Notes under the pieces: model-generated
Database searches by the model: none
Told to the model about the DNA's origin: nothing
Seen by the model: the letters and a program-made list of their open reading frames with translations, nothing else
Made by a program: the position numbers and the translations under genes
In this document: positions 26,005 to 39,297 of the stretch, one piece after another
Layout of the letters: every line of letters begins with the position of its first letter
How positions within the stretch are numbered: the first letter of the stretch is position 1
Origin: Mobula hypostoma
Lineage: Eukaryota
Reading direction: 5' to 3'
Length of the DNA: 64,000 nt
Assembly (NCBI RefSeq): GCF_963921235.1
Contig: NC_086097.1
Coordinates: 205,780,001 to 205,844,000, forward strand

Positions 26005-27170
26005 AACACACATACAATGCTGGAGAAACTCAGCAGGTCGGGCAGCATCTATGGTAATGAGTGAACAGTTGTGTTTCAGGTTGAGACCCTTCTTCAGGAC
26101 TGTAAAGGAAGGGGGAAGGCACTTGAATAAAAAGGTGGGAGGAGGGGAAGCAGGATAACTAGAGGGTGATAGGTGAAGTCAGGTGGGTAAGAGAGGCAAA
26201 GGGCTGGAGAGGAAGGAATCTGATAGGAGAGGAGTGGAGCATATGAGAAAGGGAAAGGAGGGGACCCGGGGGAGGTGATTGGGAGGTAATAAGAGTTAAG
26301 GGAAATAAAAGAAGAGTGGAGGAGGAGCGTTTGTTTTTTACTGGAATGAGAAATAGGTATGTATGCCATCAGGCTTGAGGTTATCCAGAATGGATAACAT
26401 AAGGCAATTCTCCTCCACCCTGAGCGTGGCCTCACCATGGCACAAGAGGAAGTCATGAACCATCATTTTGGAATGGGAATGGGAATGGGAATTGGAACTG
26501 CATATTCGGCACCAGGAAGTTCTGGTTTTAGCAGATGGAGCACAGGTGTTCACTGAAGCAGTCCCCCAATTTACAATCGGCTTGCCCATTGTAGAGCAGG
26601 TCACATCGGGAGCACTGGACGTAATAGATGACCTCAGAAGATTCACAGGCAAAGTGTGGTCTCACCTGGAAGGACTGTATGGGGCCCTGAACGGAGGTGA
26701 GGGAGGAGGAGAATGGGCAGGTGTAACACTTCAGCTGTTTGCAGGGAGAAGTACTGGGATAGAAATTAGTGGGATGGCATGAATGGACAAGGGAATCCTG
26801 GAGGGAGCAATACTTGCAGAAAGCGAAAAGAAGGGGGGAGGTAAAGCTATATTTAGTGGTCAGATTCCTTTGGAGATGATGAAAGTTACGGAGATTGATG
26901 TGTTGGATGCGGAGACTCATGGGGCGGTATTTAAGGACAAGTGGACCTCTAAGGAGATGGGAAGATAGGGTGAGTAGAGATGTTTGGGAAATGGAGAAGA
27001 TGCAGGTGAGGACTGCATCAATGGTGCAGGAAGGGAAAGCCTGTTCTTTGCAGGAGGAGGGCACGTCTGATGTTCTGGAAAGGAAGCCCACCTCCTGGGA
27101 ATAGATGCGATGGAGACGAAGGAACTGAGAAAAGGGAATAGCGTGTTTACGGGAGAGAAGCTGGGAAAAG
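26005..27170 (-). mobile_element. Penelope-like retroelement 3' part (RT C-terminus, GIY-YIG endonuclease, terminal repeat)
   Basis: ORF 26528..27466 contains AIPFSQFLRLHRI, Cys-rich PCKQLKCYTC, and FACESSEVIYYVQCSRCDLLYNG...FSEH (GIY-YIG); terminus with CTGAAGA...GAAAC motif at about 26065-26102. Confidence 0.93.
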
Positions 27171-27846
27171 GTGTAGTCAGATATCTGTTTCTGTACACTT
27201 GCCCACACCATGAATTGGCAACCCATGCACAAATGAAAATTATGGAGATACAGTACCATCCAGGTATATGCTGTATGCCAATAACTATCACTGTGCCTCT
27301 GATCCTTCTTTTGTGCATATGTGAATTCCAGCAATATTGTGGTAAAATGCAATGAAGGATGCAGAGGGAGGACAACTGAATGAAAACAGGGTGAGATCCC
27401 CAGTTGCATTATATTTTGATCAACTGTCATACAGCAGTGAATTATAAAATATGATAATATATTCACTGATGTACTAAATTAACTATTAAAAGTTCATGTT
27501 GGGACCAGAATATGTAACCCAAATTGTGGTAGCATCTACTTTGAAAAAGGCACTCTCGACAACTTCATGCCCAAAGGAGTACTTTATCTCGAACGTCAAA
27601 ACCAGTACTTATACACAGAGGCTTTCAAATCCTGTACAGCATGGCAGGAACACTATATCCAAAGCACACCGGAAGTAAAACCCCGCCAACCCCAGAACCA
27701 GCCCCTCTTAATGAACAGCTTCCCAATTAGTATTATCTTACTTTTAATAATGCTCACATTACAACCCAAATATTTCAAATACTAAAAAAGCACATGAAAA
27801 TTGGCCAACCGATGAGGAACTAGTAGATGAAACCGTGAAAACTTAC

Positions 27847-27918
27847 AGTCTTTTCAACGAAGATAGATGAGAGAAAGTTCCAGCAGGAATTCTTGATACT
27901 TTATTATTATGCAAAAAT
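27847..27918 (-). CDS. PXDNL: Peroxidasin-like LRR exon (exon 6), (L)FLHNNKVSRIPAGTFSHLSSLKR(L)
   Basis: 72 bp read manually; acceptor TTCATCCTTTAG, donor GTAAGT; in frame. Confidence 0.95.
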
Positions 27919-28017
27919 CTAAAGGATGAACAGAAACATTAATCACAAAGGCAATCTATTAATGCCTAAAATTATTTTAATTTTATGTTTATATAATTTA
28001 TATTTGACATCTTATAA

Positions 28018-28180
28018 CAGTGGACCCCACCCTCCAGGCTGCAGACTGATACATTGCCGTGCAGAATGCAGTGGTGCAGCGGTAGTTGGAATGCACCCAG
28101 CACATCTTTTTAAAAAAAAGCTGAAATAAACAAGCTAATTAATTAGGTGCCGCCCGGCACGTAAACGTCGGCCCAGATCT
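28018..28180 (+). mobile_element. hAT-like MITE terminal fragment
   Basis: Begins CAGTGGACCCCACCCTCCAGGC (CAGTGGTCCCCAAC-type TIR); homologous to 58389-58520. Confidence 0.65.
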
Positions 28181-28669
28181 GCTTCTGATCCGCTAGCCAC
28201 ATGCATTAAAATCTCAGCAACTTTGAGATTTCTGCACAAATTCCCAAAATTTTGTCAGCTATTCCTAGTTCTCTTTTCTGAATACAGGCTAATGCTGGAG
28301 TCCTCCTCATGACATTCAGAATCTTTGAGTCCTCCAATTGTAATCCTAGGGAATCTGCATGAACATCTTTCACCAGATTAGGCATTGCAGGGATTGGTTC
28401 TTTATTCATTTCAATGGGGTTAGTTGTAGTCTATTTAGATATTTTAAAAAACAGTTAATGTGCTTGAATCTCTTAGTGTTTTATTCTCTAGATTTTAATG
28501 TAAAAATATTTTAATAGGTATTGAACATAACAGACTATCAGATTTATTTTTGAATGGTTCTAAACTTGACTAAGCATGATTTAGTCAGTCATTAAATCAT
28601 TAATCTATACAGGCTCAATCTATACAGTGCTCCAATGCCAACCACAAATTAAAGGAGTAATGAATCAGC

Positions 28670-28936
28670 CCTGAGGGAATGGTGGAGCAGACCTGATGGG
28701 CCGAATGGCCTAATTCTGCTCTTATGCAGACAGCTGTGGAAGCCAAGTCATCAGGCATACAGTAGCTAAAGGGGGGGCTGATAGGTTCTTGATTAGTCGG
28801 GGCCTCAAAGGTTATGGGGATGGGAGGGAAGGCAGGAGAATGAGGCTGAGAGGGATAATAAATAGGCTATTGTGGAATGGCAGAGGAGACTCGATAGGAT
28901 GAACGGCCTAATTCTGCTCCTATGTCTTTTGGTCTT
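28670..28936 (+). mobile_element. CR1 3' UTR fragments (two adjacent)
   Basis: GGCCTAATTCTGCTC occurs twice; GTGGAAGCCAAGTCA. Confidence 0.8.
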
Positions 28937-30334
28937 CGGAACATACCGCATCATGGAAGCCTTATCAACACACACAACTGCATTGTGAGGGCTGAAGATG
29001 CCACTGGCTTTGACCCCAAATTAAATGCAAATTCTGGGCTGGGGATTCTTGTTGCCCCGCCCCCCGAATACTAAATTGAATATGATGTTTGTATTTCATC
29101 ATGTACTCCAAATAGTTTAGTATTCACTTTCTGCTATTTAAATCCACTATATACTGTTACTCTTATGGAAACAGTATTTGTTTGATAATCTTGACTTAAA
29201 AGTCTGGTCCAAGTCCCACTCCAACTTTTGTGCATATAATCACAGCTATCATTTTAACACTTATTCAGTACAAACTACATTGTCAGAATATCATGACTGA
29301 TATGTTAATGAAATTCCTATTTACTTAGTCCAAAAAATATTAAAAATCCTATCATTTTATCAAAGAAAAATAGAATGTGCCTATTTATTCCTATTCCCCT
29401 AAAGGAATGGGTTTGATAAGCAAACAGAAATGGAAAAGCTTTTAAATATGGTATGTTTCTACACATAAAGTCATTGTATAATTTGTTTGCTTAACAACGT
29501 TTACTAAAACTAAAACCCATTTATTATTTCTGAAGCACTTTCAAATAGACCTGAGATATTGAATAAGATACTCAATTAACATAGATGTAGTAGGCAGTTG
29601 ATCTGACATTATGCAGCGCTCTAATCTGGCAAACCAATATTTGATCTCTGATATGAAGATTAATATATATTCTGTTAGAGTACCAAGTGACTTACAGACT
29701 GAAATATTACTACTGTTGTTCATTTTGTAATATAATGTAAAATCCTAATTCAAAAGATCAATTTGGGGAATTATCTTAAATCCCTAGATCAAATCCAACA
29801 ACCAGTGGTTTTAGTATAATGTTAATCATCATCTTGCTACCTGTTCTAAATACTTCTTTACCAAATCAATACCTTTGAAACATGATCAAATCTGTAATCA
29901 ATGATCTGTTGATTAAACAAAATTTAGCCTATACTATTTCAATATTCATAAACTAGATCAAAATAACCATCATTATGATCAATAAAAATAATCTATAGCT
30001 CTGATGCAATTTGTCTGGAGGTGAGTATGGTACCTTGAAATATAATACAGGACTTTGTATATTAGCCTCTGTAATGAAGGTCAGACTTCAGGCTTGAGTC
30101 TGTCTAAAGTTCAAAATTCAAACCAAAGGGAAGGTAAATTTTAAAGGCAAAGTACAATTTGATTAGAAGTACTTAAGGTGTTGGGCATAATCAGAAAGAC
30201 AGATATCTGTGTAGGGTTTAGAGAGATTAAAAGTGTTGGTATGGACCCATGTGCAAAGCTACATTGATATCCTTGACCAGTATTAAATCAATAAACACAA
30301 ACTGAACAACATCTGACTCTGCTAGCGTTTATTT

Positions 30335-30555
30335 TACTTGTTTAGAGTTATAGCGCTTTCTGGCCCTTTGAGGGTCATTTAACCCTAGCCTAGCCTACTA
30401 ATTGGTAGGTCCTTGGATTGTGGGAGGAAACCAATGCACCTAAAAAAAAACTCATGCATTTCACAGGGAGGACATACAGAGGATGCTGGGATTGGACTCT
30501 AAGCACTGACAACCCAAGCTGTAATAGCATCACATTAACTGCTATGCTACCATGA
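30335..30555 (-). mobile_element. V-SINE (HE1-like), decayed
   Basis: TGTGGGAGGAAACC...CACAGGGAGGACATAC resembles the V-domain. Confidence 0.65.
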
Positions 30556-30559
30556 TGCC

Positions 30560-30842
30560 CTTTTAGGGTAGAGGAGCAATACCATACATTGAGTCTAGGT
30601 AGCCTCCAAACTGATGTTATGAACATCAATTTCTCCTTCAGGTAATAATTTTACTTAGTGTTTTTTTTGCTTTTTATCTTTTCCCCTCTCCCTTCTTCTG
30701 TTCCCCACTCTGACCTCTTACCTCTTCTCCTCACCTACCTATTACATTCTCCTGGTGCCCCTCCTTCTTCCCATTCTCCTATGATCCACTCTCCTCTTTT
30801 ATCAAATGTCTTCTTCTCCAACCCTTTACCTTTCCCACCCAG
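30560..30842 (+). mobile_element. Penelope-like 3' fragment
   Basis: RVEEQ...LGSLQTDVMNINFS end of GIY-YIG ORF plus pyrimidine-rich UTR. Confidence 0.8.
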
Positions 30843-33800
30843 CTGTGGTCTAATTATTTATAATACATATATTGTGCCCACTGACTTTTGCACTAACCTT
30901 TAAATAAGTTTATTTTTAAAACTAAGAGCAACAGTTGAGGAAATGATAAAAAATTATAATTTATCTTTGGTCCAAACACTTTATAAATGTGCCCATCTTT
31001 GTGCACCAGGAATGGGCTGGTCAGACCTAGGTGTATTGAAATGCTATCATTCTATTTACTCTTGGTATCTTGTGCAACTTTTCCATCTTAAAGTTATTCC
31101 ATCAGTAAACCCTTTTCAGGCAGTTTCGAGGCAGAAACGATTCAACAATCATTCCACGTAAATTTAAAAATGCTAGTTTGTGCCAACAGAAGTAAAATTA
31201 TTAATTGGTTAATCAGAACTACTAAATTAGTTTTGCTTAACTGTCTTCAGTGGCTTCCTGGATTTATCAATAGATTTATTCAGTCTGTCACCATTCTTTA
31301 CTGATCAACAAGATCACAGGTGGGATCCCTATTCAGTACTCTATTATTGATCCCTTCTGGAACACAAGTGGGAGTAGTAATTAACATTTGAAATTATGGG
31401 ACTGGAATAACAAGGTATGTCTCTCAAAAAATTGTCCATCTATCATCAGCAGAAATTGCATGCACTCAATTCAAACTGGGTCTGGTCAATGTTGACTGCA
31501 ACTCATGTTGCAGTTAGGTAGCAAGTTGGCATTGATTTTCAAGTTTAGTCATTCAGAAAATGTCTTCTTGGAAGTAAATGGAGAACAGATGTAACCCTGT
31601 GGATTCATCTTAAATGTTTCCTTTAGGAGAGGATTGAAAGAAAAAATATTGGCAAAAAATATAATCAGAATCATTCAGATCATGACTTATTTTTAACAGC
31701 TGTAATATTAATTTTGGATGATATTTTTATATTTAATGAAAGCCTTTATGTAATAAGTATCTGGGGAAGAAAGTTATTTCAAATGTATACACACATGAGC
31801 AGTTCATTTTCTTCAGTACAATTTCTATGAATTTATAGTAATTCCACAGCAGTATTGTATTCAAGTACCTCCACTATATTTAAGGTATTGTCAGCATTTA
31901 ATAAGATGGGTAGTGGTCAGCAAGTGTTTCATTTATAACTGCTTCTTTGACCATATATTGATATACCTTATGGCTACAAAATTTGTATTTTTGATTTTCA
32001 GGGATACTTGTTAGAGATGCAATGAAGAAATCCAGAATTTCATCACCCTGTATAGTATGATGATATGTTTATATATAGAAGGGATATACATTGCCATGAT
32101 GCATTTACATATTTATATCACAGACTACTTAACACACAGATATTTTTTCTTTCAATGTACTATTGTTCAAGATAAAGAAAATTTGTCATATGATTAATTT
32201 TTTGATTAATCAATCAACAAGTTGATTTGTGCAAGAACTTAAAAGCAAATTGAACTTATTGTTTCCAAAACAGTCTGTTTAAAAGAAAACATCCTCATTA
32301 TAAAATTAAGAACCCTTTTCATAAATCTATAACTTTGCTCTTTACATATCTAAAGACCTGTGAGAAGGATGGTAGAAACACATCTGTAGCATTCAAATGC
32401 ATTTCATTTCAAAATGCAGCTGCAAGTTAAATTAAATGGTATTTATATTCAGCTTAGTATTCAGGTAATCAGTATGTTCTTTGTGTTTTCTGAATGTATC
32501 TTTAGTTAAACAGATACAGTACAAATATTATAGACTTCTAACCTGTGAAATGACAAGAAACTAGTTTACAACAGTATACATTTTTAGAGTAATATGATCT
32601 GTAACAGAAAATTCCTAACTCACATTCCAATGTTCTACACAAACTATCTGGGAATTGAATGTCATAACATTCTATAGAAAAATCACTTGTGGGGAATCAA
32701 ACAGATGGCTGGTTCATGACACTCTCTTAAGCAACAAAAACAGTACTGAAATTACATTTTACTTTCTCACAGTTCATTTCAATGTGCGATGATAAACGTC
32801 TGTCACGTATTATAATCAGGTTCTTTTATGTACTACATGGTACTTTTAAGTCAATCCCACTTTCTGTCAAAAAACAATTCATTCATACAAGCTAAAAGAT
32901 GGTTCTACTTATTCATTTTTTAACTTGGAGTCACGTACAAGTAACAAAGACATTTCCTTAAGTTCCATATAAAAGCTCTTTTAAAATTTCAGTGTTGCTG
33001 AAAAAAAATTAAGCAAGATGAATTTTATACACAAAGCAAGAAAGCAATTATAATCCATTTACTGCCTCATGGCTATTGACGCAAAAAACCTGAGTAGAGA
33101 GTGTTGTATGTTTAATTGACCTGCCTCTAGACTCCAATTTCTGATTTAATAAAAATGATTAATTGTTGAATGTTATTTTAATTGCATGTACAGAATATAT
33201 TACTTTAGGCACAATCAATTTTTTACATGTCTTGAATATTCCTAATTAGATTTTTTTGCCTTATAATTTTGTTGTAGAATCAGAGTGTAATAGAACAATA
33301 CAGCACAGAAACAGGCCCTTCGGGACATCTAGTCCATGCTGAACTATTAATCTGCCTAGCCTCATCGAGCTGTACCTGAACCATAGCCCTTCATATCCAC
33401 CCCATGTTCCAAAATAAATCTTGGATGCTCAGTTTTATATCAGCAGGGCAATATTTGAAGAAAGTATCTGGCCGTCCTTCCAATGACAGCTCTGAATGGT
33501 TTTAAAAACACTCTCTTTTTAAGAACCATAATATCTTGATCAACTTAAAAGTGAAGTAGACTATATAAACCCAATATTGCACAAATAGTTATGAAACCAT
33601 GTCAATTGATGCATAATAAACTAGTTCACTTTCTTTTTAAAAACTAGCTTCCTGTGAATTCACAGTTAGCAGCCGTGTACAGGTATTAATTATAAGGCAT
33701 TGACCCGGCTGGAAGCCAAAGCAGAATTTATTCATCACATTTGCAGGGAAAGCACCAGATCCTTTTCATAAAAATTCCCATTTATTGACATTTTGAAACC

Positions 33801-34110
33801 TTGTACTTTAAGAATTGAATGATTGAAACAATGTTAGTTTGCGCATTTGACTTTCTGAAAAGCATTAGACTTTTTGATGCTATTTTAGTTATTTTGGGGG
33901 GGGGGGCAGGAACTTCCTGCTTCTTTGCCTCACACTCCAACTCAGAAGGTGCCAGTAATGTACTTTATGTTGGTCTAGTAACCACCAATGGAAGAGGAAG
34001 AAGAAGAAGAAACAATGTTAGTTCTCAACCCCAGAATAAAAAGCAATTAGTCTGTTAATTCAATGACAAAAGCACACAAGCAGATTATCAGCAGTTCATT
34101 TAACACTTAC

Positions 34111-34182
34111 AATCTCTCTAGTTTGGGAAGATCTTTAAAAGTTTCTGGCTCTAGAATCTCTATGTGGTTGAAATGAATGTAT
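34111..34182 (-). CDS. PXDNL: Peroxidasin-like LRR exon (exon 5), (L)YIHFNHIEILEPETFKDLPKLER(L)
   Basis: 72 bp read manually; acceptor TTTTTTTTCAACAG, donor GTAAGT; YIHFN and PETF are PXDNL-type residues. Confidence 0.95.
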
Positions 34183-35526
34183 CTGTTGAAAAAAAAATGT
34201 TATGAATTAGTATTCATAATTACCACCTTAGGTTGTGAAATAAACCCAAGCCACTGCAAAATAGAGACTTCTCTGAATTTTCCATGTCTGCTTTACACAT
34301 CATTGTAATTATATAACTGAGATAATTGTAGAGGAAGCCAGTCAATGTATGAATTACCTTCTGGCAAGAGAAGCAGCTTAAGTAAATAATGGTGTAACAG
34401 CAATAATAAGCATGATTTGCATTTAAAAATCAGTTATATACTACAATTGATGGGTAATAACAGCTGAATATCAACAAACAATTTACCAGTACTTTGGAAC
34501 ATTACATCAATTAAACATGTTATATTGGGAAAAGTACAAAATTTCACCAATTTATTCTTTTCCTGCCAAAATATGATTTCATTTTTTAGGAAAATCCCTT
34601 TTCATCTATTATATTTTTGTTCCAAAAGAACATTTCCACTTTTCCCATAATGCAGTGTGATACTGCCTAATAGAATCCACACACAAAAGAAAACCTGGGA
34701 AGGAAAAATATCAATCAGCTGATCCAGTAAAAATACATATGTGTGCCAGCATAAAAACTACTTTTGTATGTTTCAAAAATACTATCTGAATGTGTGTTTT
34801 CTACTGCAAGAGTTCTACTTGAACTGAGCCTGCACAGCTTTAACTGCATGGAAATAATTCTGCCTCTGCCAAATGATATTGCCAGTTGAGAGCCTTTTCA
34901 ACGTCTTCATCTCATCTTTAGTCATTATTCCATTTTCCATCTATTTAATTAATTTGTTGATAACCCAGTGATTTATTAAGACCTCATTGCAGAGGCAAGA
35001 GAAACTAGGGATTGGACTTAAGTTCATGATTGCAATGCCAATAAACTAAATGCTTCACGGCCAACAATATAAGAAGAAAACAAAATTTTTGCCTGCTGAC
35101 TTTCATACAGTAAAAACAACTAATTGACCTTGAGAAGGTGGTGGTGATTCATCATCTTGAATCAGTGCAATCCTGCTAATAAAGGAACCCACACAATGCT
35201 TATTGTTTGGTGGGTTTCAGGATTTAGACCGTGCGATGATAAATACATTTTCAAGCCATGATGCTGTGTGATTTCACATGAAAGTGGTCATGTTCCCATG
35301 CAATCGAACTCCTTGGTGATAGAAGGCACAGGTTTTGGAGGTGCTATCTAAATAACTGCAGTAGGTTAAACAGACAGTACAGATTGCAGTCAATGTGCAG
35401 CAGTGGTAGAAGAAATTAATGTTTAGATGATGCATTTGAGTACTCTGGTTGATACCACGTTTTTTGAGAGTTGTTGGAATAGCACTCATCTGGATATGCC
35501 TTATAGAAGGTGGAAAATTTTTAGAG

Positions 35527-35608
35527 CGGAGGGTCCTAAACTGGGGCCCACGGACCCCTTGGTTAATGGTGAGGGTCCGTGGCATAAAAAAAGTTTGGGA
35601 ACCTTCTG
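35527..35608. mobile_element. Small hAT (Charlie-type) MITE
   Basis: Decayed TIRs; internal CACGGACCC/GGGTCCGTG palindrome; 8-bp flanks TTTTAGAG and CTTTAAAG. Confidence 0.7.
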
Positions 35609-35634
35609 CTTTAAAGTGCCATGAAATAATTCAT

Positions 35635-35765
35635 GAGCACAGATCTTCACTACTCCATTTGGGAGCAACACATAAATTGCTGGAGGTACTAAGTAGGTCA
35701 GGCAGCATATACGAATGGGAATAAGCAGCCTATGTTTTGAGCCGAGACTCTTCATTAGTCCTGAG
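35635..35765 (-). mobile_element. Penelope-like terminus
   Basis: CAACACATAAATTGCTGGAGG...GGTCAGGCAGCAT...GAGCCGAGACTCTTCATTAG. Confidence 0.75.
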
Positions 35766-36192
35766 TGAAAAACAGAGAAATACCAAAGGAGAAATCAGAA
35801 AACTGGGATGGCTTGAGTCTTGAGACCAGGTGACCATTATGTGTTCACCCAGGTAATGCTAAAATCGCTGCCCATGTCTTTAAGTGACGTTATTTTTGCA
35901 CGTATGGAGTAGAAAGAAGAGTTGCCATGATCTAAAGAGAACAATGTTCGATGCTTTTCCCCAGTTTAGTGAAGAAAGGTGAATAATATCTGATAATATC
36001 CATGTAAATTTGTTTATAAATCTAGAATAGCGTGAATTTGATATGTTTTACACGTGGATGCTTTAGACTTTCGCGAGTAAGATATCGACGCTGGAGAGTA
36101 TGGTTGGGCAAAGTTCCTTATTGGCTTAGTAGGTTACTCTTTTTAGTAATTTAAACTCCAAGGTAATTTTTTGTACAAGTTTACTTTGGTCT

Positions 36193-36690
36193 TGTGCGGA
36201 TTGGTGATAATATCTCCTCCTCGCTGACAATCAACACTGGCGCACCTCAGGGGTGTGTGCTTAGCTCACTGCTCTACTCTCTCTATACCCATGACTGTGT
36301 GGCTCCACATAGCTCAAATACCATCTATGATGATACAACCATTGTTGACAGAATCTCAGGTGGTGACGAGAGGGCATACAGGAGTGAGTTATGCCAACTA
36401 GTGGAGTAGAGTCTCAGCAACAATCTTGCACTCAACGTCTGAAAGACGAAAGAGCTGGTTATTAACTTCAGGAAGGGCAAGATGAAGTTACACACACCAA
36501 TCCTCACAGAGGGATCAGAAGTGGAGAGAGTGAGCAGTTTCAAGTTCTTGGGTGTCAAGATCTCTGAGAACCTAACCTGGTCCCAACATATCGATGCATT
36601 TATAAAAAAGGCAACACAGCGACCATACTTCATTACAAGTTTAAAGAGATTTGGTATGTCAACAAATACACTCAAAAACTTCCATTGTAT
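36193..36690 (+). mobile_element. Rex1/Babar LINE RT fragment
   Basis: LTINTGAPQGCVLSSLLYSLYTHDC; VERVSSFKFLGVKISENLTWSQHI. Confidence 0.9.
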
Positions 36691-36805
36691 TGTTTTCAGA
36701 ATTGCCACTACCATATTGGTTTTGTATATTTTGTTTTATTTATTTTCATACTGCATACGTAACATGGGTGTGGACCAAAATTAAGCTGAGATTGTTACAA
36801 CAGGA

Positions 36806-36906
36806 ACACACATCAAAGTTGCTGGTGAACGCAGCAGGCCAGGCAGCATCTCTAGGAAGAGGTACAGTCGACGTTTCAGGCCGAGACCCTTCGTCACGTG
36901 CTTACG
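36806..36906 (-). mobile_element. 101-bp Penelope-like terminus insertion with a perfect 14-bp TSD
   Basis: TTGTTACAACAGGA at 36792-36805 and 36907-36920; same subfamily as 18529-19446. Confidence 0.9.
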
Positions 36907-37544
36907 TTGTTACAACAGGAGCTGCTTTTTTAAAAAAATTCATTATGTCATTTTATTTTGATACACTCTTTCTGTATTTAAACTTCTATAACAGAAAAAG
37001 GAATTAAAGAGCAGAAAAAGTATTTGTTGTCCCACATGTGTATTTTCCCCAGGCTACAAAAGATAGACTAGCTAAAGATGGCAAATTTTCTCCCGAGGAA
37101 CATGAGATGTGTTAAGCACAGGACATTGACAATTGTATGAGCACAAATTTCATTCAAGCAAATGTATGGAAGCCAGAAATCATTATCTACCTCCTTTGTC
37201 AAAATCTCTGCTCGCTAGTTATAAATTCCATCCCTCTTTCTAGCAACAGACAGAACCTTACTAGCCTTTGTTAACTGGGAGCCAGAATTGAGTTTTCGTC
37301 CTTATCGATGCCTGTTCCAATTCTGACTCTTTGCAGTTCTTCAGTAATAGTTAGCGCTAACCCCTCCTTATATAGCTACTGATTAAATTTATTCCTCTTT
37401 TGTATCTTTAAGTACAATTACACCAATATTATTTTGACCAAGCACTGTATATCTTTGCTCTTCCAAAGCAAAGCTTTTGAACTTGACCAACACCATCACG
37501 TCACCTGTTCTATGTTGGATCTTGGTGTCCTAATGTCTCTTTAA

Positions 37545-38020
37545 ATGATTCCGGGAATGAGAGGTTTAACATATGAGGAACATTTGTCCGCTCTTGGACT
37601 GTAATCCTTGGCATTTAGAAGAATGAGGGGAGAACTCATAGAAACATTTCGAATGTTGTAAGGCATGGACAGAGTGGATGTGGCAAAGTTGTTTCCCATG
37701 ATGGGGGAGTCTAGTACGAGAGGGCATGACTTAAGGATTGAAAGGTGCCCATTCAGAACAGAAATGCGAAGAAATTTTTTTAGTCAGAGGGCGGTAAGTC
37801 TATGGAATTTGTTGCCACGGGCAGCAGTGGAGGCCAAGTCATTGGGTTTACTTAAGGCAGAGACTGACAGGTATCTGAGTAGCTAGGGCATCAAAGGTTA
37901 TGGTGAGAAGGTGGGGGAGTGGGACTAAATGGGAGAATGGATCAACTCATGATAAAATGGCAAAGCAGACTCGATGGGCCGAATGGCCGACTTCTGCTCC
38001 TGTGTCTTATGGTCTTATGG
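37545..38020 (+). mobile_element. CR1 3' fragment
   Basis: ORF 37665..37886 with RNFFSQRAVSLWNLLP; (TCTTATGG)n tail. Confidence 0.92.
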
Positions 38021-38603
38021 GTTGAGATTAATACTTGGTAAAAATCCTGCAAAGTGCACTGAAATTGTATTGCTCTATTAAATGTTATATATAAATGTAA
38101 GTTGACATTGTAATCTGCAGCATATTATAAACCTTAAATCTATTATCTATACATAGACTGGAGTGAATATTTTCCAAGGAGAACGTCATGCTTTTCAGAA
38201 GGCTCAGAGACATGGGAAACAAAATGATGTGCTTATATCAACAAACATTTAAAGACAGCTGGCAGCTGTGTTGTAAAATCACAACCCAATCAAACGGGGT
38301 CAGTTGCTATTAGAGTAATAATATTCGAATAACAAAATTGCATCTTTGTTTTTTTTCATTTTTCTTTTATATAGCATAAAATCTTCCTATTACAGATCGA
38401 TCCTCAGACAAACATTTTCATTGCAATCCCTGCAGTTCTGAAGCAATGGCATTTTTGTCCGATTAGCAATTTCCTTCTTTGACTTTCACATTTATTCTCA
38501 CACTTCAGCAGTTTTTGTTTTTGATTTTTGTAATTACTCTTCCAGCCTTTCTCAATTGCTCACTCAAAGCAATAGTCAGTGCTCAATCCTGTTCTCCAAC
38601 CAT

Positions 38604-39297
38604 TCATAGAAACATAGAAAATCTACAGCAAAATACAGGCCCTTCAGCCCACAAAGTTGTGCCGAACATGTCCCTACCTTAAAAATTACTAGGCTTACCT
38701 ATAGCCCTCTATTTTTCTAAGCTCCATGTACCTATCCAAAAGTCTCTTAAAAGACCCTATCGCATCTGCCTCCACTACTGTTGCCGGCAGCCCATTCCAC
38801 ACACTCACCACTCTCTGAGTAAAAAACTTACCCCTGATATCTCCTCTATACCCACTCCCCTGCACCTTAAACCTGTGTCCTCTTGTGGCAACCATTTCAG
38901 CCCTGGGAAAAAGCCTCTGACTATCCACACGATCAATGCCTTTCATCCTCTTATACACCTCTATCAGGTCGCCTCTCATCATCTTATACACCTCTATCAG
39001 GTCATCTCTCATCCTCTGTCACTCCAAGGAGAAAAAGCCGAGTTCACTCAACCTATTCTCATAAGGCATACTCCCCAATCCAGGTAACATCCTTGTAAAT
39101 CTCCTCTGCATCCTTTCTATGGCTTCCACATCCTTCCTGTAGTGAGGCGACCAGAACTGAGCACAGTACTCCAAGTGGGGTCTGACCAGGGTCCTATATA
39201 GCTGCAACATTACCTCTTGGCTCCAAAATTCTACTCCACGATTGATGAAGGCCAATACACCGTACACCTTCTTAACCACAGAGTCAACCTGCGCAGT
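38604..39297 (-). mobile_element. CR1 3' fragment
   Basis: ORFs 39019..39333 and 38695..39012; CATAGAAACATAGAA tail. Confidence 0.95.

Noticed and set aside
27170..27466. N-terminal third of the 312-aa ORF 26528..27466 as a real protein
   Set aside because: Chance read-through into flanking DNA. Only the distal part is Penelope RT/GIY-YIG, and it is decayed.
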